Below, piece after piece: positions 29,737-45,054 of a stretch of 64,000 bases of DNA (the first letter of the stretch is position 1; each line of letters begins with the position of its first letter). The translations under genes were made by a program, and so were the position numbers. The notes beneath the pieces are model-generated. The model did not search any database, was not told where the DNA came from, and saw only the letters and a list, made by a program, of their open reading frames with translations. This DNA is from Eledone cirrhosa. Lineage: Eukaryota. Where the stretch lies: the NCBI GenBank assembly GCA_964016885.1, contig OZ024743.1, positions 53,878,001-53,942,000 of the forward strand, given 5' to 3'.

Positions 29737-30472
29737 TTAGAATTGGAGCTCTGAAATAGCAATATATATATGGATGTATATATAATGTATTTTGCAATAC
29801 ACTTTATGCTTAATTAAAAGCATTTTGAAGACCGTATGCTATTGTTTTAGAGTAGTGACAAATTCACTTACTTTAATCTCAGCAAACAGGGGAGATAAGC
29901 CGACAAGTGCCTTGTTTCGCTTTTGTTGAAGCTTATCAAGGCTAACTACCCCTCCTGTCTACTGAGATTACTGATGTTATATTCTTATAGAATTCTAGTA
30001 AATAATCAGGAGCTGATTATACAGAGCGATTGTTGGTCAGGCAGAAATTAAAAATTAGAATTGGAGCTCTGAAATAGAAATATATATATATGGATGTATA
30101 TATAATGTATTTTGCAATACACTTTATGTTTAATTAAATACATTATATATACATCCATATATATATTGCTATTTCAGAGCTCCAATTCTAATTTTTAATT
30201 TCTGCCTGACCAACAATCGCTCTGTATAATCAGTTCCTGATTATTTACTAGAATTCTATAAGAATATAACATCAGTAATCTCAGTAGACAGGATGGGTAG
30301 TTAGACTTGATAAGCTTCAACAAAAGCGAAACAAAGCCCTTGTCGGCTTATCTCCCCTGTTTGCTGAGATTAAAGTAAGTGAATTTGTCACTACTCTAAA
30401 ACAATAGCATACGGTCTTCAAAATGCTTTTAATTAAGCATAAAGTGTATTGCAAAATACATTATATATACAT

Positions 30473-30478
<6 letters not shown>
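29737..30478. mobile_element. Family 1 element: 318-nt unit, partial tandem repeat and inverted copy
   Basis: AATTGGAGCTCTG at 29741 and 30059; ~30135-30478 is an inverted copy. Confidence 0.85.
29898..29943 (-). ncRNA. Hammerhead ribozyme, U3-A8 variant (opposite-strand copy 30303-30348)
   Basis: AGCC-TTGATAA-GCTT caacaa AAGC-GAAACAAG gca CTTGTC-GGCT; compensatory changes relative to 1328-1372. Confidence 0.85.
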
Positions 30479-30555
<77 letters not shown>

Positions 30556-30745
30556 TACATATATACATACATATTCATACATACATATGTACACACATAC
30601 ACATACACACTCATATACATACATACACATATACATACTAACACATTTACATATACATACACACACACAAACACACACATATATATATATATACATATAT
30701 AATATAAACAAACGAAAAATCAGTGATGCATCTAGACTCAGTTTA

Positions 30746-30843
30746 TTGCGTGTTACAATTGTTTCGCCGGCAGATAGCTGGAAGCATGATCATTGTGTGG
30801 ATCTGCCTGATTCTACGGCTGCAGGTTCTTCGGACACATGCAA
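30746..30843 (-). ncRNA. Candidate hammerhead with U4C core and long helix II
   Basis: GTGT-CCGAAGA-ACC..GGCAGAT..ATCTGCC GGC-GAAAC AATT GTA-ACAC. Confidence 0.5.
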
Positions 30844-30987
30844 TGCTTTCGGAGCAAATTTTCTCACTGGGCTTTTAGCTTCAAAAAACACCTTCAAAAA
30901 AACATCTTCCACTCTTGTCTTGCCATTGGCTGTTGTTTTTCTACGTCATCATAAATTCTGGTCACTATTTGCTGCCACACTCGTGGC

Positions 30988-31018
<31 letters not shown>

Positions 31019-31481
31019 AGTTGACGAGACTAGCATGGGTTTCACTGCTAGTGCCGGTTGCATAGTTATTCGCTTCAATACAACACACGTAAATGGGTAC
31101 CTTCAAACTATACTCGCACTAGAGTTTCGGTCACACACAATGCAGCAATAGAGTGCATAGCCTCCAATGTCTGCATTTATTATGCAACAATGCATAATCG
31201 GTGCATGTGGCTTCCTTAGCGGTTTTCATATATATAGATATAGTTTTATTTATTTAACACTGTTGCATGCGTTCTAATGATGCTGTACTTTCCATAATAA
31301 TGAGAAATTGCAAAAAATATTCGACAATGGAGAAATGATGGTTGGGGGCCTTTCTTACCTTGTCCATTTTTTCTGTTTCTTCACTACCACCTTGCAATGT
31401 CCCCTTGCAGTCATTTCTCTCTCTCTGTTTCTTTTCCTATCAATGTTTACCATTGTGTTTTCATGTTATTTCTTGGCCCTT

Positions 31482-31700
31482 TAGGGTGGTGGATTGGCAG
31501 TATCGGCAGACAGTCGGACACCATGCTTTGCAGCATAGAGTTACAGCCCTTTGCGGTCTGAGTTCAAATCCCGCCGAGGTTAGCTTTGCCTTTCATCGTT
31601 ACGGGGTCGATAAAATAAAGCACCAGTAATGTACTGGAGTCGATTTAATCGACTTTCCTCTCCCCTTCAAATTGTTGGCCTTGTGCCTAAAGTAGGAAAG
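31482..31700 (+). mobile_element. SINE family A (full length)
   Basis: Matches the family consensus. Confidence 0.85.
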
Positions 31701-32323
31701 ATTATTTCTTAGCCCTATTTTTTCGAACGCAAACACACACAAACAAGCAACACACACACACACTACATACACGCACACACAAACCACAACACACACACAC
31801 ACACAAACAAACCACACATACACACACAAACAAACCACACACACACACACACTCACATATATACACATATACACACATACACAGATACACATATACAGTT
31901 ATTTCAGGATTTAATACAGTAAACATACCCCGGATGAAATACTTCAATACTGTTTGTACAGTCGAAATAGAAATAAAGATATTATATACTGTTTTACAGA
32001 ACCAACAGTACTGTCGAAACCTCGAAGTAAGCACTCCCGATTAATAATTATAATATATATGTATACACATACACAAACCACAACACACACACACACACAT
32101 ATATATGTATGTATATATATGTATATATATATATACATATGTGGGAAATGAGATCTTTAATATATCTCATATAAAATAATACAGCCAATTATCCACACAA
32201 TACAATATAGTTAGCTCCCCAAACGTTTAATTGGGAATATACTCCGGTATTTCCTAATGTTTGTTGAGTGAGTTGGAAATTGGTCGGAGTATCGCTAATA
32301 GCTTTCTCCGTTTATCTATTTAT

Positions 32324-32427
<104 letters not shown>

Positions 32428-32487
32428 AAAAATTGAACGGGAACAAAACAGAGAGGCAGTACGATATATATATATATTTTAATATAG

Positions 32488-32544
32488 ATGAGATTCTACA
32501 GGACTAGAACTGTTTCATTCTTTAGAAATCATCAGAAATCTCAT
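32488..32544 (-). ncRNA. Type I hammerhead in small fold-back 32477-32600 (family 8; mutated copies ~800-850 and 36952-37000)
   Basis: ATGAGATTT-CTGATGA-TTTC taaa GAAT-GAAACAG ttctagtc CTGT A-GAATCTCAT; 9-bp helix I. Confidence 0.75.
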
Positions 32545-32667
32545 CAGGAATCTCAGAATGAAACAGTTCTAGTCCTGTAGAATCTCATCTATATTAAAAC
32601 TTTTATACTCTGCTATGTATTGAGTACCTTACTTACTGTGGTTACCTCCGATTCAAACCGGAATAAC

Positions 32668-32726
<59 letters not shown>

Positions 32727-32975
32727 CGTGTGTGCGTGTGTGTGTGCGTGTGTGTGTATGTGTATACATATGTGTATACATATATATGTATGTGTATACA
32801 TATATATTATAATTATTAATCGGGAGTGCTTACTTCGAGGTTTCGACAGTACTGTTGGTTCTGTAAAACAGTATATAATATCTTTATTTCTATTTCGACT
32901 GTACAAACAGTATTGAAGTCTTTCATCCGGGGTATGTGCATGTGTGCGCGTGTGTGTATGTGTATATATATATAA

Positions 32976-33074
<99 letters not shown>

Positions 33075-33152
33075 TAGATATACATATATATATATATACA
33101 TATATACATATATGTACATACACACACGCACTCACACACTCACATATATATA

Positions 33153-33201
<49 letters not shown>

Positions 33202-34118
33202 TCTCACACACATATATTAATAAATAATTTCATTTTATGTCCCACAAAAAAATATTTTATATATTAATCATACAATAGTATATTAATATAAATGTGCTAA
33301 TAAATATATAACCAGACATGTTTCACTTTATGTTTGAACGTGTGTTTGTGTGTGTGTATGAGTGTCTATGTGTGTGTGTGTTTGTATACGTATGTGTGTG
33401 TTTGTGTACGTGTGTGTGTGTGTGCGCGCGCCCCCGCTCGGAAATATATTTTTTTCATAAATAACAAAGATATTTTATTTCGTTGATCGTAAAATGAAAA
33501 TAATATATAGTTATTTCTTTTCATTGCAGTGACGTTTTGTTAATAACTTTTTCTCGGGTTATTTAATATATAAAAATAATTATTTTATAGAATTCAGTTG
33601 CTAAACACACCTGTTTGTACTTATCGCTATATTTACAATGCCTTTGTTGTAAAGGTGCGTAGCTTAGTGATTATTGTGTTCAGATCACTATTGTGAGAAT
33701 GTTTCCTACAGGTTCGTTGTATCCTTGAGCAAGACATTATATTTCACTTTGTTCCAGTTTATTCCATCATTAAATAAGAGTTGCATTTCCGATTCAAAGA
33801 GCTGACTTTGTTACATGTCAAGCCGAGTCTATGTAGCATAGTGGGTCAGACAATTAGCACACGGTCGTAGGATCCTCAGTTCGAATCCCGACGTCGTTTT
33901 TTGTCTTTGATCAACGAATTGTACCTATAATTTAAAAGCCGTCCTTGTCACATAAGATGTCATTCTAAATCTCCTTGAGAATTGTGCTAAGTGTGCACGT
34001 GTCTGTGGAATTCCCAATCATTTGCACATTAATGTTACGACCAAGGTCTACCGTTGAGCAAACAATTTGAACACTCGTCGTCGAAGCCGACGGAGATCCA
34101 ACTATATATATATATATG

Positions 34119-34219
34119 CAGAGTGTCCCTCCAAAATGTATATTCACTCTGATTATCTGTACAGGCGATATTTATTAGAATGCTGTTGAAGTGTGAATAC
34201 GTTTTTTGAGGACACCCTT
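34119..34219. mobile_element. ~100-bp Tc1/mariner-type MITE
   Basis: Imperfect TIRs CAGAGTGTCCCTCCAAAATGTAT / ATACGTTTTTTGAGGACACCCT in TA context; a related end at 28241. Confidence 0.5.
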
Positions 34220-35243
34220 TATATATATATGCCTATATGTGTGTGCATATAAGTATATATAAATACTCACACACACTAGTTTCTTGTGCGTGTGTGTCTA
34301 AACATGTGCATGTTTGAGAAAAGTCGGGACAATACAATAATGACTTCAAGTTGCCTATAAACACTTAGTAACAGCTGTGGGAGAGAAAAAGGATGGAAAA
34401 AACTAACCAATAATTGGGTTTGATAAAAGAAATTCTGTAAGAAGATACAAGAGTATGATATCTTGTTTATATAAGTCAATAGTCAGCCCATATTTGAAGT
34501 ATGTGATAATGTGATATTGAGTTTCTCAGCTGTAAACAAGATTTATTTCAAATGAACCGAGTTCAAAGACAAGCCGTCAAAACTTTTTCACTAATTGAAT
34601 GATATGACATATCATAAAACATCTCAGATCCTCAAATAGAAAGTCTGAGAAGCACCAAAGCAAAGGGACTATATATAATATGATTGAAATGAAGAAAACC
34701 ATAATTGCCAGACACGAAAAGCAAGTGGGTAGAGATTCGGCATCAGCATTTAGTAGACGATCTTATATAAACCAGTAATGTTTTGTCAACCATGTCATTT
34801 CCTGTCGTAGGAAGCTTTAAATACCATTATATGGCAAAATACGTTTAGATGTTTAGAGGCATTGGTTGATATTAAATCAAAACGGAAACCATTGGATAAT
34901 TTGAGAAGAGCTATTCAGATGGACCGTAATTGAAAGAACAAACTGAGTGAGGCGGATGATTTAGGATTTAAATATGTTGAGGAAGCGGACATTTAACTAA
35001 AAAAAAACACTATTCATTGGAAAGATGAATTCAGTAACGCAAGGCCACAAACAATCTTGTTACTTGGAAACTTTCTGACACTAAACCGCTTGACCCGGAC
35101 TTAGTTTTATGATGCAATATCATTTATTCTAAAGTGTTTATATTTATCTCAAACTTTCTATCATAATGTTATTTAAGAATGTTTGTTATATTCCAAACCC
35201 CAGCTTGAATATGACAAAGTTAGTTGTATTATTTCTTGGCTCT

Positions 35244-35455
35244 AGGGCGGTGGGTTGGCAGTATCGGTAGAGTCGGACACCGTGCTTTGCAGCATAGAGT
35301 TACGGTCCTTTATGGTCTAAGTTCAAATCCCGCCGAGGTTAACTTTGCCTTTCATCCTTACAGGGTCGATAAAATAAAGCACCAGTAACGTACTGGGGTC
35401 GATTTAATCGATTTCCCCTCCCCCCAAATCACAGGCCTTTTGCCTATACTAGAAA
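35244..35455 (+). mobile_element. SINE family A (full length)
   Basis: Matches the family consensus. Confidence 0.85.
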
Positions 35456-35559
35456 TTATTATTAGATCTCTACAAATTCTTTATTAGTTTCGAAATGATT
35501 TGAAAATCAAAGGTAGTGTCATTCATTAGAAATGTGGTAAGGAAAGCATTAAATTGCTG

Positions 35560-36330
35560 TCGCTAAACAGATGAAAAAGAAAATGCGCAGACTGCAATGC
35601 TGTAATATTTAGATTAACATACCGCTGAATGTTAGAGTGTGCAGTAAGGTATCGAAGAAGACGAATGCATGATATGTACATACGGATAGATTTATTGTTC
35701 GAATCCAGGCACCTATAGTCCACACGGGAATGGAATGCCGTGGTTGGTGCTTATCACTACACTTTTACAAATTATACAGGGTAGAGTTTCCACCGATGGG
35801 TTTGAAAGAAAAGTGCCTGACATTTCAGAATGGAAGAAAACTGCTTGACATTTCATATATCAGACAAAATATTGTTCTACGTTCCATCCACTGCGGATGA
35901 CAGCACAGTCAAAACCGGTGACTACCTGTACCAGGAAAATCTCCAGACGCAGCTTTCACGCAGCCACAGTGTGAGGAACCCTTCGTGCAAATGGTGTTGG
36001 CAGTATATAGATATTCATGTTAGGAGAATTCAACCCATCCAGAAGAAGTGAAAGTGTGACCCACTCGTCAGATGAAAATCGGGGTAAAGCTTGATGACCA
36101 GGTGGTAATACAGGTAAAAAGCACGTGTATCCCATATTTCAAAGATAGCTTCCTCGCAGCTCATTTCATCAACATTTCTATTAACCTGAATGCTTATACC
36201 CGTGGTTCGAATTGGTTAACGCTCCATTGTTAGGGATAGCTAAAATATGTTGGAACCTAAATACATTATCTGCAGCAAATGGCAATATCTTCGTGAGCAC
36301 GTTGGTTAAAAAAACTATTGTATAATTATC
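35560..36330 (-). pseudogene. Possible highly decayed Tc1/mariner-family transposase
   Basis: Frameshifted SDE..HFH..GWV/LNS.NM motif near 36010-36080 resembles the first catalytic Asp block; little else recognisable. Confidence 0.3.
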
Positions 36331-36822
36331 TATGGCGTCATTCTAGATCACACTCTTCTACAACAGAACCGCCACGCTAGAACTCGAACAGCTTGGAATT
36401 ATGTCAAGAGAGAAGCAAAAAATGTAATCATGTACACACACACACATATACAAAAAGACACATCTACATATATATACATGTATACAGACACACATAGACG
36501 TGCATACATAAAGAGAAATACACTCACAAATCACATACGTTCACAAAACACTCGAGCTAACGTAGTCATCATACATACGCAGTCTGGTTGAAAACTGTTC
36601 GTAGTAAAACATCTGCTATTAATTTATACTAAAGAGATGCAACTTAATGTGAAAAGTGTGACTCCCGGGATGTTGTTGATATGATGTGTCTAACACACAC
36701 TCAAACGTATCAGATTGACAAAATTAAATACAAATTTTTCTACCGCATTTCCCTTCTCGCTTCTAGTAAACCAAATCTGTTCCATTTTCTTTTGAACTAA
36801 AAACCCATCCCCCTGCTCCCCC

Positions 36823-36874
<52 letters not shown>

Positions 36875-37639
36875 ATGTGCTTATATATATATATATATAA
36901 AACTATATGTATATATATATATATATATACACACACACTCACACATATATACTTTCCTGGTGATTTCCTTGGAATGAAACAGTTCTAGTCCTGTAAAAGC
37001 CATTTCTATATTAAAGAATTATAATCTGCTATGTAATGAGTACCTTACTTACTGTGCTTACCCCGATTGAACCAGGGATATACACACACACACACGTACA
37101 CACACACATATGTATATATGTATATACATATACGAGATTTTCTCAGTCATTATCTGCAAGACGCGGACTTCTTTCAGAAATTTCCACACACACACACACA
37201 CACACACGTATCTCTGTCGGTTGCGACAGCGAGTGTTTCTGTTGATTAGATCAATGGAACGCCTTGCTCATTGGCTTTACGTGCAGGTGGCTGAACATTC
37301 CACAGGCATATGCAACCCTATCGTAGTTCTCAGGGAGATTCTACATGGCATATTGTGTGACAAGATTAGCTTTGATATTACAGATATAACTTATTTGTTT
37401 GAGATGAGTGAACTGGAGCAACTTGAAAGAGAGTGTCTTGCTCAAAGGATACAATGCGCTGCTGGTCCGGGAACTGAACTCTCAACTTTACAATCGTGAA
37501 CCGATTAGCATAACCATTAAACCACGCACCTTCACACGAAAACACATATATGGCGGTACCCCTGCATGATCTCAGCTTGTCGGCTGGAACACGTAGAGTA
37601 ATATACACATGCTCACACACACACACACAGTAAAGGTTC

Positions 37640-37853
37640 CTGATTTAGGCACGAGGCCAACAATTTGGGGGGAGGGGAAAAATCGATTAAATCGACTGCA
37701 GTGTGTTACTTGTACTTTTTTTTAATCGACTCTGTAAAAATGAAAGGCAAAGCTAACCTCGGCGGGATTTGAACTTAGAATGTAGATGAACGTAGCTATA
37801 TGTCACAGAGCATCTTGTCCGACGCTCTACCTATACTGCCAATCCTCCGCCCT
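37640..37853 (-). mobile_element. SINE family A
   Basis: Matches the family consensus. Confidence 0.8.
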
Positions 37854-39487
37854 TAATGTATTCACACAGTAATAAAAGTTGAAAGTGAAAACACACCCAC
37901 ACAAACATCACGTCCGTATCCTGTTCTCCTATAAGCATATTGTGAAAGAAAATATTTAATTTTCTAAACACAGAAATGATTGTTGCTAACTGAAGAGATT
38001 TATGCTTATTTTATTTCAATATCCTTTTCCTTAACTGAAAACGGCTCAGCATTGCATTACTGAAGTTTTAATTTATGAGTTTTGGGTGAAGGGTCATAGC
38101 TTTTGAGCCTATGAACTCGCGTACCCGTGGGATCTTTCTCTGATGGCAGGGTTTAGTGCATCCGATGTTTAATTTAAATTCCTGGTTAATACTCTTTGAT
38201 GTGAAGAAGAGAGAGTCTTGAAGAAAATTTCAGAACAATGTTGATTTAAAGAGAGAATTAACTGGCAATACTTAAGATGGGGTTTTATATAGCGGCAAAT
38301 TTGCAGAGTTCTTAGAACATCAGATATAATGACTCTCGGTGTTCTTTCCAACTCTCAGTGATCTGTGTTAAAATCCTGTTGAGGTCAACATTACCTTTCA
38401 TTTCTTTTTCTCTTTTCGAAGTCTATAAATAAGGAACTAGTTCACGTGCCGAGGCCAGTTCTTTATCTACACCCCACATCGCTTTAGTGCTTTTCTTTCT
38501 TTAGCTCTCTCTTTCTCTGGAAGAAATCGGCTGTAATCAGACTTGAAGAAGGGTGGAGTCTGCCAGACTTATATGCCCATGACACTGTGGCGATAATGGC
38601 ATATGTCATGGAATTTATGATGAAAAATGCATGTGTTAATTATATTTACATATATGATAGACGCTATCATGCATCAGTATATAAATGGCATTTATAAATT
38701 ATATTCAGTCAAATAAATCAAATGTAAATCTCTTTAACATTCAAGTTGTTCCAGTTTTTGTTTTTCAACCTAAGAAGTTTAATTTACGGTTATATTTATT
38801 TTTTAAATTAAATATCTACGACTCTCTACGTTGTCTCTGATATGTAACACGATATATTGAAGTAAACAGTTATGGTAGATTCAATGTGCAATACGTTGGA
38901 ATATATTTAAAATTAAAGAAGGCTATTTTAAAATGAAGATCTAATTAATAATCTATTTTGAAAGCATGTGGTATCAAGCTAGACATGTTTAAAAGCAACT
39001 GAGAGTTGATTCAAGCTGGATCAGCAGTATTTTTTGTTAAGAGATTAATATTTCTAAAGAATTCTTTAATGAATTACATAAAATTAATTCCACTTTCTCA
39101 TAAATTTCGATGGAGACATAAAACATGTACTTATGTATTACTTAAGTAAATTCATCTGATATGAATTACAATCATTGAGTATATGTTGTACTAGCAGAGA
39201 TACCGCACACTGAGTGTTTTTTTGCTAGTATAACTATGTCTTTCGTAATATATCAACATATGCAAATGGGTAAAAAAAGCGAAACTATATTTATGACATG
39301 AAACAAGCTTACACCAACATATTTCATCTTGCGGTTTATTTCAATTAGCTATATGTATGGTTGTGTGTGAGAGACAGGAAAATAAAGGAGTTAATCGTCA
39401 GAGAAGACCAAGGAAATACTATTGCACCCCCCCCCCCATACACACACACTTTCTCTCTTATGCTCACTGAATTTTAGCTTTTAGTAT

Positions 39488-39553
<66 letters not shown>

Positions 39554-39894
39554 TATATAAATATATATATAATTTATGTTCATACACGGAACAAAGGCGC
39601 TACCCAAGCTTTCAAGGCCCAAATTTGACCAAACCTCAAGAATATAAGAGGCATCAAATTTGTGACCTTTCTCCAGGAGCTTATACCAGTTTATATATAT
39701 ATATATTTATATATATATAGTTGTTATATAGTAAGGTGTATTGTTGGATGTGTCAAACGGTCCAATAAATTTTTGTTACCAATATTAAGTTCTCCACGCT
39801 TAGTATATCTCCAATTCCATTTGTGGGAACAGCTAGATGATGTAAAACGGAGTATTTGTATCAAAATAAAGATCCGAATGCATAGTATAAATCT

Positions 39895-41228
39895 CCAATC
39901 ATTATAATCACGACACATGTTTCAATAAGAGATAGATCGATCGTGTAGCCATGATCGATTATAACTGATCTCTTCAGTTAGGATATAGCTAGACGTATTA
40001 CACACTCAGTTAAGACCGATTACGCTCTCTGCACATAACTCTACACACAGTACCCGGTTTCCTTAGACACTGAGTTCCCACAGTTATGACTGGTCACGTT
40101 CCTATCGATTGAACACTACACTAGGTTTTGATCCGTGATCATCTAACCATGGAGTGCTCATGGTTACAGATTGGACAATAATACTTACACACCATTAATG
40201 GGTCTACACACATCCTCTGGGTTTTGTTATTTTATTTTATTTTATTTTATTTTTATTTTTCTGTTGGATAACACACCTCCACCACTCAAACACCTATCTT
40301 AAAAGCCCAAGGGCCCATATGACGGGAAATCGCAGTACTGACACCTTAACCCAAATACCCAACCCTACACAGAGTCCCTTGGTGGTCTACATAGCGGTTG
40401 CTTGCACGCACAGATTTGGAGACTCAGAATCTCAATGGGACAACGACACATACTGAGTTCGATATGAGCTGACTACTTGCTCTTCACATGGATGTGTATG
40501 TACCAAAACATACACTTTTTTGGATGATACTGATGTGTATATACCATAACATACACTATTTAGAGATACGGATGTAACAATTCAATCTATACACGTATAG
40601 CAGAACATTTAACTGAACTTACTTGCGTGTGTATAGGGTTGCGGTTGACCCAATTTTTCCAATTTACATCGTCAAATTGAGATTTGACCAATATGACATT
40701 TGTTGTTTTGTAAACTAACTTTCGGTGAATACTATGTTGGTATATTTATTTTTTCTTTGACCTCACGTCGGTGTGTGTGTGTGTACTCACTCACACTAAC
40801 TGTGACCGTTCTACAGATTTGATGCTATGTTGGTATATGTATATATTTTTTGTCTGACCTCGCGTCTGTGTGTGTGAGAATGTGTGTCCCCATTCACATT
40901 GACTGTGACCAACTGTAATTCTACAGATTTGATTGATGTCCAGCGTCTTTTACAGCTATTGGGAGATAGAGACTTAATAGTTTTATGACCCTAACTGAGG
41001 ACGATAGCAGTCGCTGTGTTTTGACTGCTTGATCTTCATATGAGGGACTAAACTCTGTAAGTGAACATCGATAATTTTCTCCCTCATATCAAGGATTTGA
41101 AGACAATTTATTTTCACCTGACGCAGTGATAATCGATCATGGCTACACGATCGATCTATCTCTTATTGAAACATGTGAGGTGATTAGAATGATTTGAAAT
41201 GTATACCATACCTTCGGATCTTTATTTA
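39895..41228. mobile_element. ~1.3-kb non-coding element with ~90-bp inverted ends (in units A-C of the array)
   Basis: CATGTTTCAATAAGAGATAGATCGATCGTGTAGCCATGATCGATTAT (39916) is inverted at ~41130-41176; degenerate hammerhead-like motif at 41114-41182. Confidence 0.6.
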
Positions 41229-41743
41229 TATATATATATATTCAGGTTTGCGGTCCACTACTGGATAGAGCTGGTCAATTCCGTATGGTCAATCTTAATG
41301 TAATAATATGGAGAGTACTCAACGTAAAGCAGTACAACCGTCTTTGTTTTTGTAGTTGGTGGTGCTAGTACGGAGTTAAATATTATAATGAAATGACAGG
41401 AGGCTGGACTTCTGTAAATCCTTGAAAGGTTTATTATACTATGATCATTTCAATGACCGGGTTCCGTATGAATCCGGTGATATCATCAGGTATTCGAAAT
41501 ATAATAAGTGAATGTAATAGATAAAATCCATGGGGCTGAAAATCAAAGACCCGAGGACGACCGCCATCCAGCATCTTCCACCTTTGCCGGTCGCCCTCAT
41601 GTGACGTGGCTAAAGCTTACAGTCTGCTTCAACCGGTCAAATAAAGGAAAACAGAAAGGGATAGGAACATAAGTCAGCGTTAATATGTATATATGTATAT
41701 ATATATATGTATATATATATATATGTATCTATGTATATATATG

Positions 41744-41794
<51 letters not shown>

Positions 41795-41888
41795 ATATAT
41801 GTATATATGTATATGTATATAGTAATAATAATAAATTTGAAGACTAAAATCCAAAGAGGGCTCGAATGTATATATGTATATATGTATG

Positions 41889-41931
<43 letters not shown>

Positions 41932-42006
41932 CGAAGGAAATGTGGTAAGGAACCAGGTGGACCATAACGCACCAAAGTACTCAATACTTGAGGTAGTAGA
42001 GTGGGT

Positions 42007-42185
42007 AATAGGAACCAGTAAGACCCCGACAGCTGAGCTCAAGCCGTTTCGACGGCTAATTCTGGACTAAATGAAAATTTATCCTGGTATTTAAATTGGC
42101 TATTTAAATACCAGGATAAATTTTCATTTAGTCCAGAATTAGCCGTCGAAACGGCTTGAGCTCAGCTGTCGGGGTCTTACTGGTT

Positions 42186-42189
<4 letters not shown>
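42007..42189. repeat. Perfect ~180-bp palindrome (also ~60787-60965); family also at 16490-16605 and 28625-28810
   Basis: Arms are exact reverse complements around the loop TTGGC. Confidence 0.9.
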
Positions 42190-42244
<55 letters not shown>

Positions 42245-42643
42245 GAGTTCAAATCCCACCGAGGTCAAATTTGCCTTTCATCATTTTGAGACCGATAAGA
42301 AAAACAGCCAATCTATTACTGAGGTCTATTCATCCACTATATCGCTTTCTGACTTCCTCATATCTTCTCTGAAAATGAATAAATAAACATATACGTATTT
42401 ATATATTTATTTATTCTATTATTTTTATATTTATTCTATTACTTATATATATATTCTATTATAAATATAGAGTTCTTTCTCCTTTGTGGACTTCTAAGAT
42501 GACTTGATCTTAACCATATATGGCGACGCTGACAAGTTTTTACAGTCTCTAGGAGCTTATGCTTAAATTGCTTGACTATTTGTCATAGTAAAAAAATCTG
42601 CGTTGAAGCAGGCAACTTTAAGTTAACATGCGTTCAGTGTGTA

Positions 42644-42696
<53 letters not shown>

Positions 42697-43698
42697 TTAG
42701 AAAGTAAAGGGACACAAACAAGAGATGGACATTTTCCCTTCATCAGTTGTCACAGATGTATGCTATGAGGGAAAGAAGGGTTAGCGAAGAGAGAGAGAGA
42801 GAGAGAGAGAGTAAGAAAGAAAAAGAGAGAAAAAAGTAAAACAAAAAGGAAGAATGTTTTCCCCCCTTTCTATCGGTATGTTTTCTTCCTTTTTTTCCTT
42901 TTTTTCCTTTTTTTTCTCTCTTTTTCTTTCTTTCTCGATCTTCGATATCGCTTCTTTCCCTCATAGCTTTTTGCTAGATAAAATAATATGGGCACGCTAC
43001 GGATAGATGTATTGTCTATAATGCGCTGAAACATCTGTGACCCGTAGTATACAACTGATGAAGGGAAAATGTCTATCTCTTTTTTGTGTCCCTTTACTTT
43101 CTAACACTCGTTATCAGTAACCTCGTTTTCGAGTACGACCACTACTTTATATCCATGTAGGAGAACCTCTACCGATGCGCTGAAAGAGTGTGAATTTTTA
43201 GTCCAGTCAGCGACTTGAAAACTCTGGTACAAACACTACACTTGTGACAATTATTGACACATAGTGCTGGGCCCATGGTACCATGTGACGACAAGTGCAG
43301 AGAGATCTCCAGATATAAAGCAATGCCTGTGCCGTGAAGCTTTTATAGTGAGCAAAGGCACTGCACAAAGCCACTCCCACTCTCTTGACCAAGATGATAT
43401 TTACCAAAAAGAAGAACAACTCAACATCATTGGATACTATCAGGGCTGCAGGTGTTATATCAGAGTTTTCCTTCTAGAATTCTGCCTTGACAAAGGCTAA
43501 GTGTCGATTTTGGATGGCCATTGACTCTTAAGAGCTCCTTCCCTTTGACAGGTTTTGTTTTTAGTCGTGCAGGTTGTGCAGAGTCATCCTCCTCACCAAG
43601 AAACCTTGGTGGGTTGCCAGTTTAGTCGCCAATGATCCCGACGATGGGACAGATTGTAATTGAATACATGTTACCAGTAGCACCAACTGGTGACCTGA

Positions 43699-43783
<85 letters not shown>

Positions 43784-43981
43784 TACACATACATTTCAAC
43801 ATTTCTTGCCGTTTCAACAGCTAGTTCCAGTCTGAAATTAGCTGTTGAAACGCCAATATCCCACCCGTTGGCGTCCCGACTCTTTATAATATAACCATAC
43901 TCTATTACCGCAAGTATCGAGTACTCTTGTGAGTATTCGTCTAATAACTTTCAAACTGAATCTATGCTGATTAACACACAC

Positions 43982-44063
<82 letters not shown>

Positions 44064-44095
44064 TTTCTTGATTTATATATATATATATATATATA

Positions 44096-44857
44096 TGAAA
44101 AGTGTAATTTTCTACACAAAACGAAGGTTATAGAGAAAATTGAGGTTGGTAATGGCACATAGAATATATAAGAGACAGAATACTTTTTTGTGAAAAAACA
44201 TAATTTTATAAGGTAAGGAAATAATAAAGGGTATAAAAAATGACCGGTTTCGATGGGTCTGCAAAAGCCATCTTTTCAAATGTTGATTAATACTAAGAAA
44301 AATTAATAATACGAAGAGTTAAAACTTGAGATTTGAAAATTCAAGTATAAAATTCATTGTGGGATTTCATAGCAGTTTTCATCTAGGTAGCAACAACAGG
44401 TTGACTGCTGTGTCCCTTTCTGGTAGTGAATGAGAAGTTATTTGGGGTGTGGGTTATTTTATAAAGGTCAGATTTAGCAATCGTCAACTGGCCAGCTGCT
44501 GGTCAGTGAGGGGGTGGAAGCAATATACATACACATATCTTCCTGTGGTGGGTAGGAGAGTAGGAGCGTGATAGAAAGGGATTTAGTGCACTTACACCTA
44601 TATATACACACATACCTTCACCCACACATACATACATATACATATACATATACATATATATATATATATATATACATATACACACATACATACACACACA
44701 TATACATACACACATACACACACATATATACACATACACACACACACATATATACATATATATATATACACACACACACACACATATATATACATACACA
44801 TACATCCAGATACACACATACATACACACACACACACACACATATATATATACGCAC

Positions 44858-44897
<40 letters not shown>

Positions 44898-45014
44898 CCA
44901 CACATACATACACACACACACATATATATATATACATACACACATACAAACATACACACACACACACACATATATACACATACACACATATATATACACA
45001 CACACACACACACA

Positions 45015-45054
<40 letters not shown>

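Noticed and set aside
34480-35100. Possible Tc1 transposase remnant (IHWKDEF)
   Set aside because: Single weak motif, no supporting frame or TIRs
42020-42190. GAAACGGCT..AGCTGTC (and GAAACGCCAA..TTGGCGTC at ~43847-43875) as hammerheads
   Set aside because: Helix III and cleavage triplet present, but no CUGANGA-like core or helix I partner found
43050-43105. CTGATGAAGGGAAAATGTC as a minimal hammerhead
   Set aside because: No consistent helices I-III could be drawn
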